A DNA stretch of 64,000 nt from Alloascoidea hylecoeti. Taxonomy: Eukaryota. Below the pieces are notes generated by a model, which had not been told where the DNA came from, searched no databases, and saw only the letters and a program-made list of their open reading frames with translations. Made by a program: the position numbers and the translations under genes. Every line of letters begins with the position of its first letter. The stretch's first letter is position 1. The DNA lies in assembly GCA_001600815.1 (NCBI GenBank), contig BCKZ01000006.1:62001-126000 (forward strand), read 5' to 3'. Shown here one piece after another: positions 36,093-46,337 of the stretch.

Positions 36093-38141
36093 TCTTAATT
36101 GTTTTTGTTTTTGTTGAACATCTTCAAGTTCATCATCATCTACTTCAGAAGCTAATAATCTTGGTTGTAAATGAGAATGTCTTATATCCATTAATCCAGT
36201 AGATTGTGAATTATTATTACCACTATTGGACCCAATACTATTTCGTGGGAATTTTAATAGTCTACCACTTGCAGTTCTTTGAGTCAATAAATTTTTATTG
36301 TTATTAATACCAATTGGTAATCCCCAAACTGTATCAGGAAGTTCATTGTAACAAGTACCTGATTTTTTCCTCATTGCTTCAACATATTTCGATTTTTGAC
36401 CCTTTCCTGGTATTATTGTTTGTTGACGAATATGTCGTTGTATTTGAGATTTCATTGATGTTGATCTTGGGGATATAGCAGAATCTAACTTTGTACTATC
36501 TACATCTAATTTATTTGATTGACTATATTGATGAGAATTTGTTTTTGAACTTGTACTTCTAGATAATGATATAGTTGAAGATTTATATGATTCTTGTCTT
36601 GGAGATAATAAAGGAGCTGGTTGATATGTTAGGGATGTATTAACATTTAACTGTTGGATTTGGCGTCGTGAATTTGATGTATTTGAGTTTTGTGATGGTG
36701 ATGGTTTGAATGGATGAAATATAAATTCATCAAAATCACTATTATACTGATTTTGATTTGGAGCATAATTTTGATTTGAATCATAGTTTTGATTTGGAGC
36801 ATAATTTTGATTTGAATCATAGTTTTGATTTGGAGCATAATTTTGATTTGTAACATAGTTTTGATTTGAAACATAATTTTGAGAATAATTTTGGGAATTA
36901 CTTTGATTTGGAACATAATCTTGATTATTATTATAAACACGATCTTGATGACTTGATCGGTATACAAGTTGTGAAGCAGGAGCAACATATGGATTATAAG
37001 TAACCTTATTGTTGAGTGATTTTGAAGAAGAATCAGATTCACCATGAATATTATCAGATTCTGTATTATTTGTAACTCTCATTTGTTTCCGAGGTTCTCC
37101 ATTAGTATAAGAAGTCTCAAATGGATCATACATTGGAGCTTTTGGTATGATATTTATTTCTAATGGTTCATCGGCTGTCGTACTTGAACTTGAACTTGAA
37201 CTTGAACCTGAACCTGATCCACTTGTAGTTATAATAGGGATCCTATCACTGTTATCATGTTGAGAATTAGTGGATCCGGAAGAGAACTTTGCTATTGGAG
37301 GGGACCATGATTTATTTTCAAATTGGAAGGTTGCTTCCTGATTTTCGATTGGATCCATCGATGAAAACGGATCAGTCACTTCATCAACTTGTTGAATAGT
37401 TTGATTTGATTGAAGAGATGAAGATTTTTTACGTCGTACAGGGACTATTCCTTCATCAGTTGCCATTTGAATGATGGTTTTCCGGTCTATTGGTGTTAGT
37501 TCTCTTGAAATTGAAGTTGATTCCTTTGAGATCGGGGTTGCTTCTTTATAAACGCTTCTTTGTACCGGAGTTGATAGATTTGAGTTAAAATTTGACGGTT
37601 TTGTATTACGCATATTGGATTTGGTATCACTGACCGATCTTTGCGATTTGTCATATATGATTTTAGTTGAAATATCCTCTTCGTCTAATAAAGATGGTGG
37701 TTTGCGTCGCATTGGAAACAAAGAAGAACTTCTTCTTCTATCCCTACCATTCCATCCGAATGATAAATGTTTAGCGGATGATTTATTAGATTCCTCGCTT
37801 ATCGGCGAACTTGCTGGGGAGCTTGCTATGCTATTCAAACTGTATAAACTGGTTCTTTTATTTAAAAACCTCTCAACCGTACTTGTATGATGTTGTTTTT
37901 CATTGGTATTTGAATTTGAGCTTGACGGACTATAATTGTAACTAGAAGCAGCCTCCGAACCACTTAATTCGAAAGATCTGCCATGTTTATTAGGAGTTGG
38001 TCCAGAAGATCCAGAGGTTGAGCCAGAAGGGGGAGTTGGAGTTGAACTTGAACCAAGAGTTAAAAGGGATAGCCTGTTTCTAACTTTAGAGGTTTTAGAA
38101 GGTTTCAGGAAATTTCGATTGCGGAGGTCACCATGAGCCAT
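35793..38141 (-). CDS. Unassigned Ser/Asn/Gln-rich 782-aa protein with short ordered C-terminal motifs
   Basis: Long ATG-initiated ORF; motifs YVEAMRKKSGT, VWGLPIGI, DIRHSHLQPRLLASEVDD and terminal LRLFVANPDSD stand out from low-complexity sequence. Confidence 0.8.
36027..36089. repeat. (ATT)21 trinucleotide run encoding poly-Asn
   Basis: Direct reading. Confidence 0.95.
36751..36876. repeat. 18-bp tandem repeat x7 encoding (YxxNQN)7, with alternating 36-bp superunit
   Basis: Units TTTTGATTTGGAGCATAA / TTTTGATTTGAATCATAG alternate, followed by two variants. Confidence 0.92.
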
Positions 38142-38462
38142 TGTATCAAAGGCAATTTAGAGTCGACAAACAAAGTTCCGAAATAAAATATCAATGATTA
38201 AATGAAGATAAGAAGGAGATTTAGATTTGGGTGGTGAAAAAGGAAATTTAAAATCAAAAGGAAAACAGCATATTATTTATTTATTTATTTTAATAACAAC
38301 GAGGCGAGTGGAGTTATAATAATTATTATTATCATTCTCAACATCAAAATCATAAATATAAATATTAATGTTAATTTAACATTGATTTAGTATACCAAAT
38401 ATTAATATCAATCTTTTATTCTGATATTTGTTTATCTAACTATATAACATTAATTTACATAT

Positions 38463-39317
38463 TCATCTTTGTAAAACATTTCCACTTCCACTTCCACTTC
38501 CATTCGTCGAAATCGCATCGGTTAACTTTAAAGCTGTCAATAATGGATTTTTATCAACCAATTCTTGATTAATTGGCTGCCTTTGGAAAGTATTAGGATG
38601 TCCATAAACACCTGTAATTGGAAATGGTGTATAAGCAACAGTGGGGAAATAATTTAAAATCTCCTTTTTATCTAGTATATAATTTGATATTAATCGAACC
38701 GAAGAAGCAATTGAATCAATTGTATTTGAGTCAAGTCTTAATGTTTTATAAGGTGATAATGGAAGTTGACTTAATGAAATTGATATTGCTGATTCTGTTG
38801 TTGATTGAATTTTATTTAACCAATCTGGTAATTCAGAACTATCAGATGTCAATAAAACACTTGGAATTAAAATTGTAATTGAATAAGTTGGACGTGAATT
38901 GCCATTAATAACTTTTAAATATTGTGATACTTTCGCAATTGTTATTGATATTTGTTTAACTGTTCCTTTTACACTAATAATTCGATCAACAATCCCTTTT
39001 ATTGCTTCATTAATATTAATTTGTAAACCTTTTCCTGCAAATTGTTCAACTTTTTCAATTATCTTTTTAATTGAATGTGAATCATTTCCAAGAAAATAAT
39101 TACCTTCACTTGTAGAAACTAACAAATCTAATGAAATTATATCATTAATATGACTTAATGCTTCATCTGTTGAATTTATAGTAATTTGATAATTTTCCTC
39201 TATATCCTCAATGGTTTCTTCATGTTGTTGTTGTTGTTGTTGTTGAGATCCTGTATTTCTTCGCTTGGACTCTGCTTCTTTTGTAGCTGCTGATTTGGTT
39301 TTTCTCTTTGGTGGCAT
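38463..39317 (-). CDS. Hypothetical 284-aa protein with N-terminal basic NLS-like segment
   Basis: ATG in AAAATG context, MPPKRKTK..KRR, AT-ending codons like neighbouring genes; no family recognised. Confidence 0.7.
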   Translation of the reverse strand: MPPKRKTKSAATKEAESKRRNTGSQQQQQQQHEETIEDIEENYQITINSTDEALSHINDIISLDLLVSTSEGNYFLGNDSHSIKKIIEKVEQFAGKGLQININEAIKGIVDRIISVKGTVKQISITIAKVSQYLKVINGNSRPTYSITILIPSVLLTSDSSELPDWLNKIQSTTESAISISLSQLPLSPYKTLRLDSNTIDSIASSVRLISNYILDKKEILNYFPTVAYTPFPITGVYGHPNTFQRQPINQELVDKNPLLTALKLTDAISTNGSGSGSGNVLQR

Positions 39318-39720
39318 TTTTATTTTGTATTTGAAATTAACTATATTTATTTAATGTATGAAAATGATTATTTTGTAGAAGTGTTAATGATGTGCTGAAA
39401 TGTACACACATGCCGTTATTTACTGCAGAACTTTTAAGTGAATTTTCATACGAATTAAAATGCATTGTGTTATACCAATAATATAACTTACAGAATAGTC
39501 AAATTAAATTATATCTTTATCGTTGTACAAAATATAATAAAATCAATAAATATATATCATTATTCATATCATTATTTATAAAAATTATCAAATTGCAATT
39601 AATAACCAATCAACAACTAGCTTGCCAATTTATAATTTGTATAACATTAACAGTAAAATAATAAATAACTTAATTAAAAATCAATTCAAGTTTAACTTCT
39701 TTTTCACCAAGAAAGCAAAC

Positions 39721-39917
39721 CAAGTCAAGTCAAGTCAAGTCAAGACAAAACAGAACAGAACAGAACGTAAGAAAACAAAAATAAGATAAGATGAAATAAT
39801 ATAAGACAAAATAAAATAAGCAAAATTTAGAAATTAAAAAAAAGTATAGATTATTTATAATGTTTCATAAAGGACAAATTATTAAAACCCAGATTAAGTT
39901 ATAATTGTCAATTTTAA

Positions 39918-39960
<43 letters not shown>

Positions 39961-40433
39961 GTAAGTAAGTAATAAGATAATATTACTAATAAATAAGAAT
40001 AAATAAGTTAATTAATAAATGATAAATAATTAATAAATATGGAAATTTTTATATGGGTAAGTTCATTCATAATATAATATATAGATTGTTTTCCTTTTTT
40101 TTTCTTCTTCTTCATCAATTACAATCAATAGTAATAGTTCAAAAAATCGTATAGCAAAAAAGTCAAAAAAGAATCATAAATATAGTTTAGTTGCCTTTTT
40201 TTTTTTTTTTTTATAATTTTATCTTTTTAAACATTAATAAATATAATATGTTTTAAAATTCATAATAAATAGAGTTAATGATGTTTGTGTTTTCGTATAA
40301 TAAATAGGATAGGTAAAAAAAATTACCAACCAGTTCTAGTGCCCGTTCCGGTTCTAGTGCCAAGGCCAAATTCTAACGTTAATATCAATTTTAGTTTCCA
40401 ATTTTAGTTTCCAATTTTAGTTTCCAATTTTGG
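39721..40433. repeat. Cluster of non-coding simple repeats: (CAAGT)4, (CAGAA)3, (AAAT)n, poly-T, GTTCTAGTGCC x2, (CAATTTTAGTTTC)3
   Basis: Direct reading at 39721-39765, 39918-39960, 40196-40212, 40333-40361, 40386-40433. Confidence 0.85.
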
Positions 40434-40473
40434 CTTCTATTTTCCCCTTCCAATTTCCCAACTATATTGATTA

Positions 40474-43400
40474 TTAATTCATTTCAACGATATAATTGAT
40501 TCTTTCATTTAATGCATTGGCAAGATTTGTACAACATGGCCAAATATAAAAATCAACTAAAATATGAATTGATAATTGTAATGATAAAATACTTCTTCTT
40601 TCTTGTGATTTAATAATTTCAATAATTTGATATTTTTCATGATTATTATTAATTGCTAAATTTAATGAAGATAATTGTTTAAATTCATTAATTGAAATAT
40701 TATTTTGATTTGAATTTGTTGGTGAATTTTTAATTATAACTTCATTAATTTTATTCATTAAATTTTCAATTTTTAAATATAATTTTAAATCAAAATCATT
40801 AATTTCATTTAAATTTAAATTAAAACATTTAATTTCAAATCTTCTTAAAAATTCAGAAATTATAATTGAACAATCAAATAATGATTGAATAAAATGAATA
40901 AATGTTTGTTTAATACCATTATTTTTAATTTCATTTTCATTATCAAATTTTAAATTTGTATTCTTTTCCCATAATGATAAAATATTAATTGCTTGTAATA
41001 CAGCTTCACGTAATCCAACAAAATTAAAATTTGATCTATTATTAATTTTATTATCTTCAAATTCAGATTTAATATTCATATTTACATTTATTTGTGGTTG
41101 TGATTGATTTTGTAATTGATTTAAATTATATTCATCTAATGAATCAATAAAAAAATTCATTTTTTTATAATCTTTTAACCAAACATTTGATTTAATTTGT
41201 GATAAATCAATATATAATCTCATTTTTGCTAAAGAATTTAAAGGAATTAAATCATTAATTAATTGAGTATTATAAATTGAATTATTTGAATTTGAATTAT
41301 TTGTTGTAAAATTTTTAGATTTTGACCACATTGATTCTAAAATTGATAAAATTGATTCAATTTTATCTCTTGTTGATAAATACCATTCAAATTTAATTTG
41401 TAAATTATTAAAACTAATTTTACCAGTTTCAATTGATTTAAATCTTTGATAATTTCTTTGATAAATTTGTTCTTGAATTGAATAATTTAAACTAATATAA
41501 GCAAATGGTGATAAATTCATAATAATATTTTTTAAATTTTCTTCATTTTTAATTGAATTTGGATTAATATTTAATAAATATTGTAATTTTGATTGAAAAT
41601 CACCACCATTAAAATTTAAATCAAAATTATTGTTATTATTTTGATTATTATTGTTAAAATTTAAATGAAAATTATTAATAAATTCAAATTTTGAACATTT
41701 CCATAAATTTTCATCACTTGGTGTACCACAAGTTAAATCATTTGCTAATAAACCAGGTGGTACATTAAAAAAAGTTGTTAATAAGCCAGTTGTTATATAA
41801 ACCGCATGTAATGTTCTAATTCTTGATTGTGTTATAATAAATTTATTATGAATATAATTTTCATCATTTAAATTTTCTTTATCATTCAAATTTGTAGTAG
41901 TAGAAAATTGTTTTTCAATATGATGATAAGGAATATGTAATCCAGCACTTTTACTTAATCGAACTAAAGCAATACTTTGTCTAATTGCAATACCACTAAC
42001 CAAAGAATCATTATCCCATAAACCATATAAAACACTTAATATTAAGCATTGAACTAACCATAATGGAGTAATTTCATTCGTTTTTGATTGTGATTGTGAA
42101 TTTGAATTTATAATTTCTTTACGAGATTCAAGATAAACATGAATACATTTTCTAGAAACTTCAAATAAAACAGATGCATCATCATCATGTTCATTAACAT
42201 TTGAATTATTAACAGAATGAATATTTGTATATAAAGCACCAATTGAAGCCATTGATATAGCTAATGGTATATTTTCTTCATTAAAATTTAATGAATTACA
42301 ATGAATAAATGGTAAATGATTATCAAAATATTTATAATAATTTTCCAAATATAAATCAAATTTTTGAAAAGCAATTGAAATTTTTGAAGTTTGTAAATTT
42401 AAATTTGACTTTAATGAATTTGATGATGAAACAGTTGGATAAGATTTTAATAAATTTAAAATTGTTAATTTTAAAGAATCAGTTATTAAATTTGGAGGTG
42501 GGATTGAATAATTTAATGAAGTTTTATCATTAACATTAAAATTATTAGCAGGATTAGAAAGTGGAGATAAAACATCATCTTTATACATTGAAATTCCTAA
42601 ACCAAAAAAATCCAATAATCCTTCATTACTTTGAGATTTCAAGTGTTGTGGTTGTGGTTGTGGTTGTGGTTGTGGTTGTTGAGAATAAGATTGAGAACGT
42701 GGTTGCTTTGGGACATCCATTAAAGATTGTGGAGAAATTGGAGTTTCTGAACCAAACGTTGACATCATTGAACCACTTGATAATATGTCATCAATATCTT
42801 GATTTTGTTGTTGCTGTTGATTATTTTGGGGTTGTGGTTGGATTGGTTGCATATCGTCAGTTAATAAAGCCGGATTTATAAATAAAGAACCATGTCTTTC
42901 ATTATTTGAAGGAGGATCAACACTTATTGAATGAGACATGGAATGATTTGATCTAACCATTGAATCGGGAGTACTTCCAGAATTACTCATTATATCATAA
43001 TTTGGAGGGCTTAAATCGAACCCAGCACCACCACCAAAATTTAAATCAATATGATCAACAGAATCCATGGAAAGAATTGAAGATAAAGTTAAATTATCAT
43101 AATTATCAAAAGACGGGTTTGGATTAAAACTTGCAGTATTAGAAATTGGAATTGAAGTATTGTTAAAAATTGGATCATCCAAATCAAAAGAAAAATCTTC
43201 AGAGTCCAAGTTTAATTGTGGATTTAATTGTGGGGTCGAGAACCCAACCTGATGGGGCACTTGCAATCTATTTTTATGGATTGAATAGGCATCTTTATTT
43301 TTGGTGTAAGAGGTAGCGGAGGCAGCAGAAAACGAGGCATGTCTGCTTCTAGATATCATTGCGGGAGTGTTGTAGTTGATGTTGTTGTAGTGGAACTGGG

Positions 43401-44106
43401 GATGGGGACGGGGTTGGGGAGGTTGTGGTGGGTGCAGCTGCTGGTTGTTTGCCATGGTGAACATTTCACTGAAGTCCGAGGAAACCGGATGAGGATTCGG
43501 GTTTGGGTAGGACAGGGTGTTGAGGACCAGGTCGTCCGTTGGGTTGCCCGTTGCCATAGTGATGTCCGTCCCGGGAGGGAAAAGGCTCCGGTAGAACGCG
43601 TCCATCACCATCTGGGGCTGCTGCTGGGGCTGCTGCTGGGGCTGCTGCTGCAGGGGCGGGGGCTGGGGGCTGGAGTGTGGGGGGCGGGTTTGGGGGATCT
43701 GGGGCGGTGGCTGGGTCTGGGGGTTCGGCTTCTGGGCCTTCTTTCTCCTCCGGGGGATCGGGTAGGTGGCATGCAACTTCTGCTGGTGTCGCAACAACAG
43801 ATCTCGCCTGGCAAAACAGCGGCCGCAGCTCGGGCACTGGAACGGCTTTTCGTTGGTGTGAGATCTCAGGTGCCTCTTCAGGTGCTCCAGCCGGGCAAAG
43901 GCGCGCGTACAAATCTGGCACACGTGAGGTCTGGGTTTGTCCGTTTTGATCACCGCAGCCTTCTTCGGGATCGGCTGGATGCCCGTGGGAAGCGTGCCGG
44001 GCACAGCAGACCCCGGGGGGGTGTATGCGGGCGCGGGCGCGGGTGGCCGTGCCGGCTTGGGCGTGGACGAGGGCGGGGTCGGGGGCAGAGCGGTCTGGGA
44101 GGTCAT
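40474..44106 (-). CDS. TDA9: C2H2 zinc-finger transcription factor, Tda9/Rsf2 (Adr1-related) type, with fungal middle homology region
   Basis: KTDKPRPHVCQICTRAFARLEHLKRHLRSHTNEKPFQCPSCGRCFARRDLLLRHQQKLH; RHASFSAASATSY; QVGFSTPQ; YYKYFDNHLPFIH..MASIGALY. Confidence 0.85.
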   Translation of the reverse strand: MTSQTALPPTPPSSTPKPARPPAPAPAYTPPGSAVPGTLPTGIQPIPKKAAVIKTDKPRPHVCQICTRAFARLEHLKRHLRSHTNEKPFQCPSCGRCFARRDLLLRHQQKLHATYPIPRRRKKAQKPNPQTQPPPQIPQTRPPHSSPQPPPLQQQPQQQPQQQPQMVMDAFYRSLFPPGTDITMATGNPTDDLVLNTLSYPNPNPHPVSSDFSEMFTMANNQQLHPPQPPQPRPHPQFHYNNINYNTPAMISRSRHASFSAASATSYTKNKDAYSIHKNRLQVPHQVGFSTPQLNPQLNLDSEDFSFDLDDPIFNNTSIPISNTASFNPNPSFDNYDNLTLSSILSMDSVDHIDLNFGGGAGFDLSPPNYDIMSNSGSTPDSMVRSNHSMSHSISVDPPSNNERHGSLFINPALLTDDMQPIQPQPQNNQQQQQNQDIDDILSSGSMMSTFGSETPISPQSLMDVPKQPRSQSYSQQPQPQPQPQPQHLKSQSNEGLLDFFGLGISMYKDDVLSPLSNPANNFNVNDKTSLNYSIPPPNLITDSLKLTILNLLKSYPTVSSSNSLKSNLNLQTSKISIAFQKFDLYLENYYKYFDNHLPFIHCNSLNFNEENIPLAISMASIGALYTNIHSVNNSNVNEHDDDASVLFEVSRKCIHVYLESRKEIINSNSQSQSKTNEITPLWLVQCLILSVLYGLWDNDSLVSGIAIRQSIALVRLSKSAGLHIPYHHIEKQFSTTTNLNDKENLNDENYIHNKFIITQSRIRTLHAVYITTGLLTTFFNVPPGLLANDLTCGTPSDENLWKCSKFEFINNFHLNFNNNNQNNNNNFDLNFNGGDFQSKLQYLLNINPNSIKNEENLKNIIMNLSPFAYISLNYSIQEQIYQRNYQRFKSIETGKISFNNLQIKFEWYLSTRDKIESILSILESMWSKSKNFTTNNSNSNNSIYNTQLINDLIPLNSLAKMRLYIDLSQIKSNVWLKDYKKMNFFIDSLDEYNLNQLQNQSQPQINVNMNIKSEFEDNKINNRSNFNFVGLREAVLQAINILSLWEKNTNLKFDNENEIKNNGIKQTFIHFIQSLFDCSIIISEFLRRFEIKCFNLNLNEINDFDLKLYLKIENLMNKINEVIIKNSPTNSNQNNISINEFKQLSSLNLAINNNHEKYQIIEIIKSQERRSILSLQLSIHILVDFYIWPCCTNLANALNERINYIVEMN

Positions 44107-44782
44107 TATTTGCTGGTACTAAAGGCAGGAGTCCAGGAAAAAGTGGAATTTCAAACCTTTTAAGTGTCCGTCCAAAACATCCGGACTTCCCCCAGCGCTG
44201 GCGCCATTGGCTGGCTACCGGGTCCCCCGCTGCCCCACCACCGGTCGGGTCCCATGCACCCCGGATTTCCTGCATGCCCGTGCCTACTCGTGCGCGGCAT
44301 ACGGCTTGTGGGGGCGGTGCGTCACATCACCTCCGTGCATTACCTACGCATTACATAATACTGCTATGGAAGTGTCTAAACCACCTGACACCCGTTCATC
44401 ATCTGAAAATCCGAATGGGTTCTTATGTGTTTTATCTCGATCTCGACAACCAGGAATCGCATCTCACTATAACAAATTGTAAAATCCAAACGAGCGTACT
44501 TCCCCAGCATCTCTTATATATTCCACCACCTCCATCCACATTGAAGCACCGTCTCAATCACAGCAACAAAGAAGAACTCTTTATAAATGAAACAGACAGC
44601 CCCCCATGAATAAAAATAGCATGTAAAACAGAACGAAGAGATACCGGTTTATAATTTAATATTAAAAATACCTTGGATTATAATGAGTGCACTGTCTAAT
44701 AAGGTGTCTTAGTACTTTGGACAAAGTAAATGTAGAAAAAAACTTTATGATGGTGAAAATTTTTATGTTTTATAGGGAATGA

Positions 44783-44864
44783 CCGGGTAAATGCCGAGTA
44801 ACTTAGTTAGGGCTTCCGCCACTATTCAACCGGAGACATTACTGTTTTAGGATGACTCAGTCAT
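44783..44864. promoter_or_regulatory. Motif cluster: Reb1-type CCGGGTAA, TTAGGGCT (Tbf1-like) and palindrome ATGACTCAGTCAT containing TGACTCA (Gcn4/AP-1 type)
   Basis: Matches at 44783-44790, 44807-44814 and 44852-44864, 680-760 bp upstream of the zinc-finger gene. Confidence 0.45.
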
Positions 44865-45095
44865 AATTAACTCTGGTTTAATTTGTTTAAATTTTTATTT
44901 TTTGAATCCTTTTTTCTCTCGATTCGAAATCTTAACCTTATTTCCCGTTGATCAACATTTACAGAAAATCCGGGGTATCCTCCATTTACAAAAAAAGCCC
45001 CGATTGCTCGGAAAGATTTAAACACTCCAATTATAATTACTAATATATGAAATGGAAATAAATTACGTCTTTTATCAGCCATCTTCCATCTTTCT

Positions 45096-46337
45096 TCATC
45101 TAGACAAATCCATGAGAAGCCCATGATCCATGATTAATCTCTGTTTATCTTTTTTAAATTCATTATAATTATAATCAACTGACAATTCTTTTGATTTCAG
45201 ATCTTCTTCATATTCATACTCATAATCTCTACATCTATCTTTGTCATTATTAAAGTTTGTCTCTGGACTCGTCAAAGTTGATAACGGGGAAAATGAATAT
45301 CCATAACCCGAATCAAAATACCCTGTTCCTATTTCAGAATTACTTATACTTTGACTTCTACCATGGATTTCCCCTGATATATTACACCTATTATTGAGTT
45401 CCTTTAAATGTTCTAATAAATCTTTATTTACTTCAATTGGTGAGGTTGACATTGAAGCATGACGGAAATGATACCTTATACCAGTCGTTGTATTTCTTCT
45501 ACCAATTTCAACTCTTTTTTTATCATTTTCAATTGTTGCTGTATTAAAACTTGAATGTGTATACCTACGATTATAATTACCTTTATTCAGTTTGAAATCT
45601 AATTCAAGATCTGATCCAGATTCCTTATTACCTATCTCTATCTCTACTGATTCTTTTAATTTTAATTTTGTATCATTTTCAATTTCATTTTCAATTTCAT
45701 TTTCAATTTCATTTTCATGTTCATTACTATCAATATTAATCTTGTTAATTTTATGGTGTGATAACATTTCATCATATGAAATATTTTGTTTAAAATCAAT
45801 TGATTTATAATCAATACTTTTCTTTTGTAATAAATGATGTTGATATTCTTTTTGATATCTTTTATAATCATCATTATCATTAACATCATTATTAACACTT
45901 AAATCATATGAATTAATATCATCCATATATCGACTTGATCTTCTCCTTGATATTGGGAATTGTAATATTGGTTTTGGTAATGGCGATTTAACAGGCTTAG
46001 GAATTGAATCTATTTCAACATCGATATCCGAATCCGTCTCTGCATCTACATCAAGATTTGTATCACTATTTAACTTTGATTCTGACTTTGACTTCAATCT
46101 TGTTTTAGAAATTTCATCTTTTAAATTTAAATTTATTTGATTACTATTGATATTATTTGAGAATGGTGATCGAAATCTCGGTACCTCTTTCAATGTTTTA
46201 AACTTTGAACTATTATTATTTATTCTTGTTCTTGTTCTTGTTCTTGTTCCTGTATTTAAAGTTCTGCCACTAGAATCAGAGTCGGTTACTAATTGTGTAG
46301 GCGATATCGGTTCACCGATATATTCTTCTCCACTCAT
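45096..46337 (-). CDS. Hypothetical low-complexity 413-aa protein
   Basis: ATG-initiated ORF with (RT)n and (ENEI)n repeats and several RRxS/T and SP motifs; no family recognised. Confidence 0.7.
   Translation of the reverse strand: MSGEEYIGEPISPTQLVTDSDSSGRTLNTGTRTRTRTRINNNSSKFKTLKEVPRFRSPFSNNINSNQINLNLKDEISKTRLKSKSESKLNSDTNLDVDAETDSDIDVEIDSIPKPVKSPLPKPILQFPISRRRSSRYMDDINSYDLSVNNDVNDNDDYKRYQKEYQHHLLQKKSIDYKSIDFKQNISYDEMLSHHKINKINIDSNEHENEIENEIENEIENDTKLKLKESVEIEIGNKESGSDLELDFKLNKGNYNRRYTHSSFNTATIENDKKRVEIGRRNTTTGIRYHFRHASMSTSPIEVNKDLLEHLKELNNRCNISGEIHGRSQSISNSEIGTGYFDSGYGYSFSPLSTLTSPETNFNNDKDRCRDYEYEYEEDLKSKELSVDYNYNEFKKDKQRLIMDHGLLMDLSR

Noticed and set aside
36751..36876. Regular repeats as a CRISPR-like array
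   Set aside because: Contiguous in-frame coding repeats without unique spacers, in a eukaryotic gene.
43339..44609. Multiple long overlapping ORFs (274, 269, 194 aa)
   Set aside because: Stop-codon scarcity in a GC island; shadows of the zinc-finger gene with no recognisable motifs.
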